Virus record (IMG/VR): IMGVR_UViG_2648501334_000009
Span: 1 to 41,524 of that record
Reading direction: 5' to 3' (one strand)
DNA from: a virus
Lineage: Duplodnaviria > Heunggongvirae > Uroviricota > Caudoviricetes
DNA length: 41,524 nucleotides
The position numbers and the translations under genes are program-made. The notes beneath the pieces were generated by a model, which had not been told where the DNA came from, did no database searches, and saw only the letters and a program-made list of their open reading frames with translations. Shown here in pieces: positions 29,884 through 40,117 of the stretch (positions are counted from its first letter, which is position 1; each line of letters begins with the position of its first letter).

Positions 29884-30071
29884 CGTTTAACAGCCTGCCG
29901 GACGGGCTGTCCTACCTTCTCAATCCGGTTGACGCCGGGTTAATTCCTTATACAGCACTTAAAGATGGCTCTGTCGATTTGTACGACATTGCTCTCTTGA
30001 ATGACCATCTGGCGGTAAAAGCGGATAACCAGCGGCGCATTGAGAAATGGAGAGAGGATAATGAACGCTGA
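29832..30071 (+). other. Programmed -1 frameshift site and GT-like extension of the tail assembly chaperone
   Basis: Slippery heptamer T_TTT_TTG at 29832..29838 in the X_XXY_YYZ register; the -1 frame stays open for about 78 codons to the TGA at 30069..30071. Confidence 0.55.
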
Positions 30072-32049
30072 AACTATTAAAGATTTCCTCGTCTCGCTTG
30101 GCTTCAGTGTGGATGATGCAGGAGCGAAAAAGTTCGGTTCTGTCCTCGCCGGTACAACTGCAAATGTCATCAAAATGGGGCTGGCCGTCGAAGGAACTGC
30201 ACTGTCCGTGGTGGCCTTCACGGCTAAGATCGCCTCCGGTCTGGATAATCTTTACTGGGCGTCACAGCGCACCGGCGCGACGGTCCATGGAATTCAGTCT
30301 ATTGGCTATGCGGTTTCGCAGGTTGGCGGCAGTGCAGACGCTGCGCGCTCTTCTCTGGAAAGCCTCTCCCGGTTTATTCGTAACAATCCCGGTGCAGAGG
30401 GATTTCTGAATCGCCTGGGGGTACAGACACGGGATGCCAGCGGTAACATGCGTAACATGGCCTCTATTTTTACAGGTGTAGGCCAGAAGCTCAGCGGCAT
30501 GCCGTATTACCGGGCTAACCAGTATGCGCAGATGCTGGGCATTGACGAAAATACCCTTATGGCGATGCGCCGGGGTGTGGGTGGCTTCTCCGGGCAGTAC
30601 AGCGCAATGGCGAAAGCTATCGGCTTCAATGCTGACGAGGCGGCCAGAAGCTCCAACAAATTTATGACCTCCCTGCGCGAGTTCGGCGCGATGGCAGGCA
30701 TGGCCCGTGACAAAATCGGCTCTAATCTTGCTGGTGGTCTGGCGGGTTCGCTGGACACACTGCGCCGCCACATCCTCGATAACTTCCCGCGCATCGAGCA
30801 GACCCTGACGAAAGCCATAAAAGGCATTCTGGCGCTCGGAGACATCATCGGGCGGCTGTTCTTCAGGCTAATTGAGGGAACATCCAGCCTTATCACCTGG
30901 TGGCAATCGCTGGATAAGCAAACGCGGGAGCTCATCTCGCTGTTTGGCGCGCTGACGATTGCGCTGCGCATTCTGAACAGTACGTTCTGGATGTCGCCGA
31001 TTGGCCTCATTACCGCGCTGGCGGCGGGGATTGCCCTTCTGTGGGAGGACTATCAGACCTGGAAGGAAGGCGGCGACAGCCTGATTGACTGGGGCAAGTG
31101 GAAGCCGGAGGTCGATGCCGCGCTGAAGATGGTTCGTGACCTGAAAGGGTCTGTTAATGAACTGGTGAAAGCGCTGGCGAAACTGCTCAATATTGACCCC
31201 AAATCATGGTCCCTGAAGTGGGATTTCAGCAACTTCATCGACCAGATGGGCGAATTCAGCAAAATGCTGAACATGATCGCCGACCTGCTCAACGCTATCA
31301 AAGATGGCCGCTGGGCTGATGCCGTCAGCATCGGCAAACAGATACTTAATCAGGGCAGCGAAAATCCGTCAGCGATGCCGATGGTTACAGACAGCGCTAA
31401 CAGTACTGCCGACTGGATTAAAGAGCACTGGGGATTCGATCCCCGCAGTGTGGGCCGGACGGTACGCGGCTGGTTTGGTGATGATGAGCCGGAACAATAT
31501 GCACAGGCTACGAAACGAGGAGAACGGAATAACAATCCGGGAAACCTTAATTTTGCTGGTCAGGCAGGGGCTTCTCTTGAACGCCCGGGCGGGCGATTTG
31601 CCAGATTTGAAACTGCTTTTGATGGATTACGGGCTCTTGCTCGTCAGTTAATGCTGTACGCCGGACGGGGAATAAACAGTGTGGAGAAAATTATCTCTAC
31701 CTGGGCACCTGCGTCTGATAATAACAACACAACTGCGTATATCAGGGCTGTATCGCAACGACTGGGAGTGGATCCCCGGGCTGCCCTGAATATGAGCGAT
31801 CCGCAAACCATGTCAGCATTGATGAGCAGCATTATCCAGCATGAAAATGGAAGAAATATCTATTCTCGAGAGCTGATTAATAAGGCTGCCGTGGCGGGAA
31901 TTAGTGGCAAAATGACAGAGGTTAACCAGCAAAATACTTACCACATTTACGGTGGCGGAGATCCGCACGCTGTCGGTAATGAGGTTGCACGTCGGCAACA
32001 GTCTGCAAATGCTCAGGTCATGCGAAGTAATCAGGTGAGGGTGGGTTAG
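30061..32049 (+). CDS. Tail tape measure protein
   Basis: About 660 aa, helix-rich with hydrophobic segments, directly after the chaperone pair; ATG at 30061 with a GGAGAGAGG ribosome-binding site. Confidence 0.7.
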   Translation: MNAETIKDFLVSLGFSVDDAGAKKFGSVLAGTTANVIKMGLAVEGTALSVVAFTAKIASGLDNLYWASQRTGATVHGIQSIGYAVSQVGGSADAARSSLESLSRFIRNNPGAEGFLNRLGVQTRDASGNMRNMASIFTGVGQKLSGMPYYRANQYAQMLGIDENTLMAMRRGVGGFSGQYSAMAKAIGFNADEAARSSNKFMTSLREFGAMAGMARDKIGSNLAGGLAGSLDTLRRHILDNFPRIEQTLTKAIKGILALGDIIGRLFFRLIEGTSSLITWWQSLDKQTRELISLFGALTIALRILNSTFWMSPIGLITALAAGIALLWEDYQTWKEGGDSLIDWGKWKPEVDAALKMVRDLKGSVNELVKALAKLLNIDPKSWSLKWDFSNFIDQMGEFSKMLNMIADLLNAIKDGRWADAVSIGKQILNQGSENPSAMPMVTDSANSTADWIKEHWGFDPRSVGRTVRGWFGDDEPEQYAQATKRGERNNNPGNLNFAGQAGASLERPGGRFARFETAFDGLRALARQLMLYAGRGINSVEKIISTWAPASDNNNTTAYIRAVSQRLGVDPRAALNMSDPQTMSALMSSIIQHENGRNIYSRELINKAAVAGISGKMTEVNQQNTYHIYGGGDPHAVGNEVARRQQSANAQVMRSNQVRVG

Positions 32050-32636
32050 TGGATATTCTCTCTACACTTTTTCATCAGCAGAGCAGAAAAATAGGAATGA
32101 TTGTTCCCAGTGTTGTTATTTCAGAGAAGCATACAGATATGCTTGAAATAACAGAGCATCCGGTAGAGGTCGGGGCCGCTGTCGCTGATCATGCCTATAA
32201 AAAACCGTCAGAAGTGGTGATGGAGGTTGGTTTCGCCGGTGGCGGCGCATTGCTGGATTTTGCCAGTAACCTGACGGCTACCAGCCTGCTCGGCCTGAGT
32301 CCTCAGCAGACGTATCAGGAGCTACTGGGTCTGCAGGAAAGCCGTATCCCCTTCGATGTGGTAACCGGTAAACGGCTGTACAGCAACATGTTGATCCGGG
32401 CGCTGGAAGTGACGACGGACAAGACAACCGAAAACGTCCTGTCCGCCGTCCTCACCCTGAGGGAGGTCATTATCTCCCGGACACAGCAGATTACCGTCGC
32501 GGATAAAACCAACATGAAGGAAGGGGCCAGCACGTCGGCGGTACAAAACAGCGGCAACAAAACCACAAAGCCTCCAGATACTTCACTGCTGAAAAGCATC
32601 ACGGGTAACGTGGCGTCATTACTGGGGGGCGGCTAA
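32049..32636 (+). CDS. Tail/baseplate assembly protein
   Basis: 195-aa ORF translationally coupled after the tape measure. Confidence 0.45.
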   Translation: MDILSTLFHQQSRKIGMIVPSVVISEKHTDMLEITEHPVEVGAAVADHAYKKPSEVVMEVGFAGGGALLDFASNLTATSLLGLSPQQTYQELLGLQESRIPFDVVTGKRLYSNMLIRALEVTTDKTTENVLSAVLTLREVIISRTQQITVADKTNMKEGASTSAVQNSGNKTTKPPDTSLLKSITGNVASLLGGG

Positions 32637-32938
32637 TGACAATTCAGGAAATTCCGCTGACAGCGGACAACCAGCAGTTCAGCATCGTCCTGGGTGGTGT
32701 CACCTGGCGGATTAGCATCATATGGCGCGATCTGTACTGGATTATGGACCTGCAGAACGACAGAGGGGAGCCGGTAATCTCCGGTATTCCTCTTGTCACT
32801 GGTGCTGACCTGCTGGCGCAGTACGCCTGTATGGGGCTTGGTTTTAAGATGGTGGTGGTCTGTGATGACAACACACAGGATTACCCCACAAAAACTGACC
32901 TGGGCGGTCGCAGCCATTTACTGGTATCAACGGAGTAA
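32636..32938 (+). CDS. Small tail protein
   Basis: 100-aa ORF coupled in the tail operon. Confidence 0.45.
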   Translation: MTIQEIPLTADNQQFSIVLGGVTWRISIIWRDLYWIMDLQNDRGEPVISGIPLVTGADLLAQYACMGLGFKMVVVCDDNTQDYPTKTDLGGRSHLLVSTE

Positions 32939-32940
32939 GC

Positions 32941-34002
32941 ATGTCACAGAACTGGATGAGACATTTCGAGCTGCAGCTTGTGGACGGGAACGGTCAAGGA
33001 ATTGAGCTAAGTGATTTCAAAGTCACCTTTACGATCGACTGGTTCAACATCAGCAGCGCGTCCCGGGTAGGGACTATCAAAATTTATAACCTCTCGGCAG
33101 ATACTGTGAACCGAATTACCGGGCAGGAGTTTTCGAAAGTGCGTCTGATTGCGGGTTACGACGGTATCGCGCCGGAGGTGTCGGCAAGCGACGTCGGGAC
33201 AGTGCGGGAAGTTGACGCGGCGGACGTGGGCCAGAGTGATGGTCGCAACTACGGACTGATTTTCAGCGGTGAAATTCGCTACTCGGTTACAGGAAAAGAC
33301 AGTCCGGTTGATTCCTACGTCCTGATTCAGGCAGCAGATACTGATCTGGCTTTTGCCACCAGTATAACCTCACAGACGCTGGCTGCCGGTTACACGGTCG
33401 CTGATGTAAACCGTGCGCTGATGAAAGACTTCGAAGCCAAAGGTGCGACCGAAGGCCTGACGCCTGAAATGCCTGCTACTGTATTCCCCCGGGGGCGGGT
33501 ACTCTTTGGCATGACGCGGCATCTAATGGATAACGTAGCCGGGCAATGTGGCGCAACATGGCAATTCGTGGACGGTCAGCGCCAGATGGTGGCGAATAAT
33601 GAATATGTTCACAAAGCGATTGTGCTCAACAGCGCTACCGGGCTTATCGGTATGCCGCAGCAGACCATCGGCAACGGCGTAAACGTCCGCGCGCTTATTA
33701 ATCCGAACATCCGGGTTAACGGACTCATTCAACTGGATCAGGCTTCCGTGTATCGCACCGCGCTGTCGAACAACGATATCGCTATGGCTGGTGGGCAGAT
33801 CACTGACCAGAACACGGACGGAAACATCACGCTCAGCGGCACCACGGCGCAGCCTGCCAGCATCGCAACGGATGGCGTTTATATTGTGCGCGGGATTATG
33901 TACACTGGCGACACAAGGGGCCAGGCGTGGTACATGGATATGATGTGCGAAGCGCGTGGCGCGGCGGATCTGTATACGCAATCGGCTTTGCAAAGGGGAT
34001 GA
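32941..34002 (+). CDS. Baseplate hub / tail protein
   Basis: 353-aa ORF positioned between tape measure-associated genes and the baseplate genes. Confidence 0.45.
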   Translation: MSQNWMRHFELQLVDGNGQGIELSDFKVTFTIDWFNISSASRVGTIKIYNLSADTVNRITGQEFSKVRLIAGYDGIAPEVSASDVGTVREVDAADVGQSDGRNYGLIFSGEIRYSVTGKDSPVDSYVLIQAADTDLAFATSITSQTLAAGYTVADVNRALMKDFEAKGATEGLTPEMPATVFPRGRVLFGMTRHLMDNVAGQCGATWQFVDGQRQMVANNEYVHKAIVLNSATGLIGMPQQTIGNGVNVRALINPNIRVNGLIQLDQASVYRTALSNNDIAMAGGQITDQNTDGNITLSGTTAQPASIATDGVYIVRGIMYTGDTRGQAWYMDMMCEARGAADLYTQSALQRG

Positions 34003-34005
34003 GCA

Positions 34006-34347
34006 ATGAGGGGTATTATTTTTCTGTTAGCTGTCTTTTCTGCGTGCAGCGCGTGGGCGGATGGCTTTACGGTTAAATGCGGTGGCTACACTATGGTTGC
34101 AAACCAGGGCGAGTTATCGACAATCAACGGTGAAAGAGTTACCTCTCAAAAAATCACCGAGCTTGGTACCAATGGTTTGAAAGTAGACATGGTGCTTATG
34201 CCTGCCAAAGACGGTAACAACTACGGCTTTGAATACATTCGTCGCCCTGGTACCGAAAAGCGTTTCCTGAACGTCCAGCTGCTGCAGAACAGCATGGACG
34301 CGCCGAAAATCATCGGGTCTTTCCCGTGTAAGAAAGTCTATGGCTAA
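34006..34347 (+). CDS. Secreted/periplasmic protein with N-terminal signal peptide
   Basis: Signal peptide MRGIIFLLAVFSACSAWA followed by a mature domain with paired cysteines; GGGGA ribosome-binding site. Confidence 0.5.
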   Translation: MRGIIFLLAVFSACSAWADGFTVKCGGYTMVANQGELSTINGERVTSQKITELGTNGLKVDMVLMPAKDGNNYGFEYIRRPGTEKRFLNVQLLQNSMDAPKIIGSFPCKKVYG

Positions 34348-34415
34348 ACTTTCTTTCTGGTTAGGAACTTGGATGAAATTTACATCTAATCTATCTGTCT
34401 GGTTTTACAAAGTTG

Positions 34416-34443
34416 TTGCTTGCAGCTAATACTTGTTTAAACT
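34416..34443 (+). promoter_or_regulatory. Candidate sigma70-like promoter for the tail-region cassette
   Basis: TTGCTT, 16 nt, TAAACT in an AT-rich 136-bp spacer upstream of 34484. Confidence 0.25.
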
Positions 34444-34483
34444 ACGTCGACTACAAAATGACTAAGAAGAGTAAAAGCACCTT

Positions 34484-35215
34484 ATGCCAGTAGCGCAACC
34501 AAAAACTGGAGAAGTCGTCGCTAAGCTTGGTCCATCCTTGGAAGCAGGAAGAATCTTGCTTCTTGACCTTGAAAAACAGAAGTTGTTGAGAGATGCCCGT
34601 GCTTTACCTATAAGGTATCAATCTCTAGCACTTGAAGGGCTGATTCTGTTGCTGGATGGCAAAGTGGAGCGAGGTATCGAGGCGATTGAGACATCTCTAG
34701 CCATATGCCCGACAGATCCTGTTACTTGGAACAATTATTCTAGCGCACTAAGCAACCTTGGGCTTTACTCTAAACGGCGAGAGTTGCTTACTCGGGCTCT
34801 CGACTACGACTTCCCCTGCATGGTCGAACATGCTTTAAATTTTGCGGCCTTCTGGGCTGATGGGGAGATTCTCGATATGGCTATCGCTAAGCTTGAGAAA
34901 TTTGGTCAAACTGAAAAAGAAAAGCATGTATCTGCATTGGAAACCGCTGTAGTTTTGAGCAACTTAGGCGGTCCAATGAGTGACGGTTTGAAAAAAGCTG
35001 CAGATGTATTGATGTACATTGTGGAAAGCGAATCACTCCGTGCTAAAACCTCCAGTCTGCTTACCGATGGTGAGGGTTATGGTTCTTTTTCTGTTGGCAT
35101 CGAAACTGAAGACGCAGAGTATCTTTCATATCTTAACGATAAGGTCGTTGATGAGATGATTGAAAGAGGTCTAGAAACGGGATGCAGTGTCGCTTACTTT
35201 GAGGCGGTGAACTGA
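34484..35215 (+). CDS. Hypothetical helical repeat (TPR-like) protein, first gene of an accessory cassette
   Basis: 243 aa, helix-rich with TPR-like segments; lower GC than the neighbours; preceded by AT-rich non-coding DNA. Confidence 0.45.
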   Translation: MPVAQPKTGEVVAKLGPSLEAGRILLLDLEKQKLLRDARALPIRYQSLALEGLILLLDGKVERGIEAIETSLAICPTDPVTWNNYSSALSNLGLYSKRRELLTRALDYDFPCMVEHALNFAAFWADGEILDMAIAKLEKFGQTEKEKHVSALETAVVLSNLGGPMSDGLKKAADVLMYIVESESLRAKTSSLLTDGEGYGSFSVGIETEDAEYLSYLNDKVVDEMIERGLETGCSVAYFEAVN

Positions 35216-35637
35216 TGCCTGTAGCGATTAACTGCTTTCTGGAGATGGCTAAAAGCTCTATTGAGAATAGCGGTGAACAGTGGACGCGTAATGCGATAAG
35301 TAGAGCGTATTATACGATGTATCATTCAGCGTTATTGCTCACGGATGGCTATATCCCAACTCAAGATGAGAAAGGGCAAAAGTTACCCGGTGGGGTACAT
35401 GCGAGGCTTTCTGAATATCTTTGCGGCGAGAATGCAGCTCTAGCACATAGTCTTGACCGAACTTCTGCCAAAAAGGTTGGGCTTAAGCTCAAAACCGCAC
35501 ATCACCGAAGAGTCATTGCTGATTATAATCTTGATAAGCACGTTAATCGGATTGATGCTTGTAGTACCATCAAGGATGCAGAGGATTTGCAGTCACTTAT
35601 TGCTGGTATGATTGATACCAAAAAAACTGCAAGTTAA
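35215..35637 (+). CDS. Hypothetical HEPN-like helical protein, second gene of the accessory cassette
   Basis: ATGA start/stop overlap with the upstream gene; 'AISRAYYTMYHSALLL' helix-hairpin resembles a HEPN N-terminus, but no clear Rx4-6H motif. Confidence 0.4.
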   Translation: MPVAINCFLEMAKSSIENSGEQWTRNAISRAYYTMYHSALLLTDGYIPTQDEKGQKLPGGVHARLSEYLCGENAALAHSLDRTSAKKVGLKLKTAHHRRVIADYNLDKHVNRIDACSTIKDAEDLQSLIAGMIDTKKTAS

Positions 35638-35656
35638 GCCTATTAAGTAATTAATA

Positions 35657-35681
35657 AAACCCGCCACCCGGCGGGTTTTTT
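35657..35681 (+). terminator. Rho-independent terminator
   Basis: AAAA-CCCGCC-ACCC-GGCGGG-TTTTTT immediately after the cassette. Confidence 0.75.
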
Positions 35682-35700
35682 GCTTTCTGGAGCCTACCAA

Positions 35701-36453
35701 ATGGCATTATCTGACCAGACCCGCAGCGGCGACCTTGCCGAAACATTCAAATCAGAGCGGGACACAACAAAGAACCAGATCCGTGTTGCTTTGCCTGGCA
35801 TCGTCCAGTCATTCGATCCTGACGCGGTGACAGCGGTTGTGCAGCCTGCGATCCGTTCGGTTGAAACTGACAACGACGGCAACCGCGTTACCAAAAATTA
35901 CCCGCTGTTGGTGGATGTGCCGGTGATATTTCCGCGCGGCGGCGGCTGCACGTTAACTTTCCCGGTGGAAGCCGGCGATGAATGCCTGGTGATTTTTGCC
36001 GATCGCTGCATCGATTTCTGGTGGCAGAACGGCGGGATACAGGAGCCGGTTGATGACAGAATGCATGATTTATCGGATGCGTTTTGTATTGTCGGTCCCC
36101 AGTCGCAGGCAAGGAAGATTAGCGGTATTAATACCAGTGCCACACAGTTGCGTAGTGACGATGGCAGCACCTATTTTGAGCTTAATCCTGATACCGGGAA
36201 AATTAAAATTGTCGCTCCGGGTGGTCTTGATGTGGTTACCCCTCTGGCTGATTTTTCTGAGAAAGTAACCATTCATGGCCTGTTAACCTGGTTGGGGGGC
36301 ATGGTGGGGTCTGTGGTTTCTGGTGTGGCTTCAAAAATCACTGGTGCTGTTGAGTTTTTGGGGAGCGTGAAGGCTAACGGCAAGCCAATCGATGATACGC
36401 ACACTCATGGTGGTGTTCAGCGCGGCGGAAGCAATACTGATGGGGTAAACTGA
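35701..36453 (+). CDS. Baseplate spike/assembly protein V-like
   Basis: ATG at 35701 with GGAG upstream; Gly-rich beta protein in the position before W-like and J-like genes. Confidence 0.55.
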   Translation: MALSDQTRSGDLAETFKSERDTTKNQIRVALPGIVQSFDPDAVTAVVQPAIRSVETDNDGNRVTKNYPLLVDVPVIFPRGGGCTLTFPVEAGDECLVIFADRCIDFWWQNGGIQEPVDDRMHDLSDAFCIVGPQSQARKISGINTSATQLRSDDGSTYFELNPDTGKIKIVAPGGLDVVTPLADFSEKVTIHGLLTWLGGMVGSVVSGVASKITGAVEFLGSVKANGKPIDDTHTHGGVQRGGSNTDGVN

Positions 36454-36806
36454 TGCGATACAGACGTGAAGACGCCGATGGCGATTACACCTTTGGCAGC
36501 GGTGATGACACCTGGCTGATTAACTCGCCTGAGGCCGTAGCACAGGCTGTGAAAACGCGATTCGAATTGTGGTATGGGCAATGGTTTCTCGACACCACCG
36601 AAGGGACTCCGTGGATCCAGTCTGTGCTCGGTAAGCAGAAGCCGGAAACCTACAACCTGGCGATCCGTAAGCGCATCCTCGAAACGCGGGGCGTTAAATC
36701 AATCCTCTCTTTCAATACGACAGTGGATACCACGACCCGACGTGTCATGTTTTCCGCTGAAATCGACACTCTTTATGGAATAACGACTGTTACATCGGAG
36801 GCGTAA
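36453..36806 (+). CDS. Baseplate wedge protein (GPW/gp25-like)
   Basis: 117 aa, translationally coupled upstream of the J-like gene. Confidence 0.55.
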   Translation: MRYRREDADGDYTFGSGDDTWLINSPEAVAQAVKTRFELWYGQWFLDTTEGTPWIQSVLGKQKPETYNLAIRKRILETRGVKSILSFNTTVDTTTRRVMFSAEIDTLYGITTVTSEA

Positions 36807-38005
36807 TGGCTCTGAACCTTGATTCTCTCGGTTTATCTGCAAAGGTAACCGCGGAGGGGATCAGTGCGCCTGATTATCAGACGATACTCAGCACCCTGAT
36901 TAGCTATTTTCAGCAGATTTATGGTAGTGATGCCTACCTCGAACCGGATAGTAAAGACGGCCAGATGGTGGCTCTGATGGCGCTGGCGATTCATGATGCC
37001 AATAATACTGCGATAACTGTCTACAACTGTTTTTCACCGGCAACCGGCTATGGGGCCGCACTGACCAGTAACGTGAAAATAAATGGTATTTCACGTAAAG
37101 GCGCGACGAATTCTACGGTTGATTTGCTTCTTACAGGAACTGCCGGAACAACCATCATTAATGGCAGCGTGAAAGACAGTAATAATGTGATATGGCGTTT
37201 GCCTGCTTCAGTGGTGGTCGGCGTGGATGGTACAGTGATGGTGACCGCAACATGTTCCGTCAGTGGTGCAGTGGCGGCGCTGGCTGGAACTATCACTGAA
37301 ATTAATACGCCAACCCGTGGCTGGGTTTCGGTAACTAATCCTGCTGCGGCTACTGTAGGCACTCCGGCAGAAACTGACGCTGAGTTACGTATCCGCCAGT
37401 CGCAAAGTGTTGCGTTGCCATCAATAACCCCATTTGAAGCACTGGATGGTGCTGTTTCTAATGTTACCGGTGTAACCCGCCACAAACTCTATGAAAATGA
37501 TACTGGTTCGGAGGACGGTAACGGGTTACCGCCACACTCTGTTGCTGTGATTGTGGATGGCGGTGATGTGACGGATATTGCTCAGGCTATCAGAGGGAAT
37601 AAAGGTCAGGGGACAGCCACTCACGGTACAACATCCGTTACGATTCCGGATAAATACGGCAATCCCCATGTAATCAAGTTCTCGCGTTCCAGTGATGTAC
37701 CTGTTTATGCCCGGATCAAATTACAAGTTTTTACGGGTTATACCTCACAGATAGGGCAGCAGATCCAGCAGGCTATTTCCGACTATATCAATAGTCTGAT
37801 GATTGGTGATTCGGTCCTTTTAAGTCGCATTTACTCACCGGCGAATCTTGGCGTGGTGAGTGGCGGGAATGCACGCTATTACGATATTCAGGAACTGACG
37901 ATTGGGAAATCCCCGGGGGCTTTGTCGTCATCAAACATTGATATCAGATACAACGAATCTGCGTCCTGTACCCCGGAAAATATCGTTATAACGGTGGAGT
38001 CATGA
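36806..38005 (+). CDS. Baseplate J-like protein
   Basis: 399 aa in the conserved V-W-J-I order. Confidence 0.65.
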   Translation: MALNLDSLGLSAKVTAEGISAPDYQTILSTLISYFQQIYGSDAYLEPDSKDGQMVALMALAIHDANNTAITVYNCFSPATGYGAALTSNVKINGISRKGATNSTVDLLLTGTAGTTIINGSVKDSNNVIWRLPASVVVGVDGTVMVTATCSVSGAVAALAGTITEINTPTRGWVSVTNPAAATVGTPAETDAELRIRQSQSVALPSITPFEALDGAVSNVTGVTRHKLYENDTGSEDGNGLPPHSVAVIVDGGDVTDIAQAIRGNKGQGTATHGTTSVTIPDKYGNPHVIKFSRSSDVPVYARIKLQVFTGYTSQIGQQIQQAISDYINSLMIGDSVLLSRIYSPANLGVVSGGNARYYDIQELTIGKSPGALSSSNIDIRYNESASCTPENIVITVES

Positions 38006-38682
38006 GCAAATACACCGAACTAATCACGAACTACCACGCCACCAAACCTAAATTTCTTGCGCATGTTGATCTGATGACCCGGCCACTTATTGATGTTGCG
38101 GCTGCCACCAGAGGGCTGATTACTGCATTTGATATTGACTCTGCGGTTGGTGTGCAACTTGACATTCTGGGATTGTGGATCGGACGTAGCCGTGTTGTCA
38201 GCCAGCCTATCTCAGGTGTCTATTTCAGCTGGGATACCGACGGGCTTGGATATGATCAGGGGGTATGGCAGGGACCATACGATCCTGATTCCGGATACAT
38301 GTACCTCAGCGATGAAACTTATCGTGTCATTCTTAAAGCGAAGATTGCGATTAATAACTGGGATGGACGGAATGATTCGCTTCCGGCAATTCTTGACGCT
38401 GCAACAGCAGGATCCGGGCTGCGAATGCAGATAGTCGATAACCAGGACATGACGATATCGGTCTGGGTCTTTCCTGATACTGATATTTCAGATGTATCGC
38501 GTGAGTTAATTGCGGCAATTAAACAGGGGTATCTCACAGTAAAAGCCGCCGGGGTATGGGCGGGTGGCATTGAAACACCTTCGGTGGAAACCCCATCGGA
38601 AGGCTCAAAATTTTTTGGTTTTGATATGGATAACGAATTCATCAGTGGTTTTGATGTAGGAGCATGGGGAGTATTACTCTGA
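38002..38682 (+). CDS. Baseplate/tail protein I-like
   Basis: 226 aa immediately upstream of the tail fibre gene, translationally coupled. Confidence 0.5.
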   Translation: MSKYTELITNYHATKPKFLAHVDLMTRPLIDVAAATRGLITAFDIDSAVGVQLDILGLWIGRSRVVSQPISGVYFSWDTDGLGYDQGVWQGPYDPDSGYMYLSDETYRVILKAKIAINNWDGRNDSLPAILDAATAGSGLRMQIVDNQDMTISVWVFPDTDISDVSRELIAAIKQGYLTVKAAGVWAGGIETPSVETPSEGSKFFGFDMDNEFISGFDVGAWGVLL

Positions 38683-39515
38683 TGGCGAAAAATGACTTTA
38701 AAGCGTTTGCAACGGATCGAAATGCCAATGTTATATCGCAGGAGGAATGGGAAGCGTTGCCCGCGCTTTTATCCGGATTTACAGCAGGGAAAGCCTCCAG
38801 TGCGCAAGTCAATAAGGTTATTCGGCAGGCCAGCTTTATTGCTGCAGCTCTGGCCCAGTTTGTAAGTGATAAAACGCAACGGGATGTGCTTGATAATGGT
38901 GATCTGCCCGGTTTTGTTGAATTGCTGGGATCGGGGTTTGCTGTTGAATACCTGAGCCGCAAGAATCCGTTTGGCGATATCAAATCGGATGGCACGGTGA
39001 AAACAGCTCTCGAAAACCTTGGTTTGGGAGAAGGCTCTGCATTACCTGTTGGTGTGCCTGTTCCATGGCCTTCAGTCACACCGCCAACAGGCTGGCTGAA
39101 ATGCAACGGTGCGGCTTTTTCTCCTGAAGAATACCCGGAACTGGCAAAGGCTTACCCGACAAATAAATTGCCTGATTTACGTGGTGAGTTCATTCGTGGC
39201 TGGGATGATGGAAGAGGGATTGATACTAACCGTAGCTTGCTTTCGTCACAGGGAGATACCATTCGGAATATAACAGGATTTATAAATGAAGTTAAAGGCA
39301 CCATTGATACAGCAACTTTCAGGTTACAGACTGGTACTGGTGCTTTTGCCTTAGCATCTCAAGCTACGCGAAATATCTATAATAACCTAGGCACATATGA
39401 AACAAAAAATACCCCTTACACAGGATTCAGTTTTGATGCATCCAGGGTTGTACCAACAGCATCAGAGAATCGCCCTCGAAACATTGCATTTAACTATATT
39501 GTGAGAGCAGCATAA
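38682..39515 (+). CDS. Tail fibre protein with tail-collar-like domain
   Basis: '[31 protein letters not shown]' collar-type motif; followed by a tail fibre assembly gene. Confidence 0.7.
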   Translation: MAKNDFKAFATDRNANVISQEEWEALPALLSGFTAGKASSAQVNKVIRQASFIAAALAQFVSDKTQRDVLDNGDLPGFVELLGSGFAVEYLSRKNPFGDIKSDGTVKTALENLGLGEGSALPVGVPVPWPSVTPPTGWLKCNGAAFSPEEYPELAKAYPTNKLPDLRGEFIRGWDDGRGIDTNRSLLSSQGDTIRNITGFINEVKGTIDTATFRLQTGTGAFALASQATRNIYNNLGTYETKNTPYTGFSFDASRVVPTASENRPRNIAFNYIVRAA

Positions 39516-40117
39516 TGGATAAAGCAATATTAAATAGTGAGCTTATTGCTACAAAGTCGGGGGATATTACCGTTTATAACTATGATAGTGAGACGCAGGA
39601 ATATATTTCAGCTTCAACTGAATATCTTGCCATTGGTGTCGGTATTCCTGCATATTCCTGTTTAGATGCTCCAGGTGCCTACAAAGCTGGTTATGCAATC
39701 TGCCGCTCTGCAGATTTTAACTCATGGGAATATGTAACAGACCATCGCGGTGAAATCATCTATAACACCGAAACAGGAGAATCAAAAGAAATCACAGCTC
39801 CGGGTGATTACCCTGATAATACAACCACTATCGCCCCGTTAACGCCATACGATAAATGGGATGGTGAGAAATGGGTGACGGATACCGAAGCACAGCATAG
39901 CGCCGCAGTAGATGCAGCAGAAGCACAGCGCCAGTCACTGATTGATACTGCAATGGCTTCAATCAGTCTGATTCAGCTGAAATTGCAGGCCGGACGTAAA
40001 CTGACGCAGGCAGAAACAACCAGCCTTAACGCTGTGCTGGATTACATTGACGCGGTGACGGCAACAGATACCAGCACCGCGCCGGATGTCATCTGGCCTG
40101 AACTGCCGGAGGCGTAG
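39515..40117 (+). CDS. Tail fibre assembly protein (Tfa)
   Basis: 200 aa; conserved C-terminal region ending 'DVIWPELPEA', shared with the oppositely oriented copy. Confidence 0.7.
   Translation: MDKAILNSELIATKSGDITVYNYDSETQEYISASTEYLAIGVGIPAYSCLDAPGAYKAGYAICRSADFNSWEYVTDHRGEIIYNTETGESKEITAPGDYPDNTTTIAPLTPYDKWDGEKWVTDTEAQHSAAVDAAEAQRQSLIDTAMASISLIQLKLQAGRKLTQAETTSLNAVLDYIDAVTATDTSTAPDVIWPELPEA

Noticed and set aside
29940-30221. 93-aa minus-strand ORF between the chaperone and tape measure genes
   Set aside because: It is antisense to the -1 frameshift extension and the tape measure start, both of which have a much better contextual explanation.
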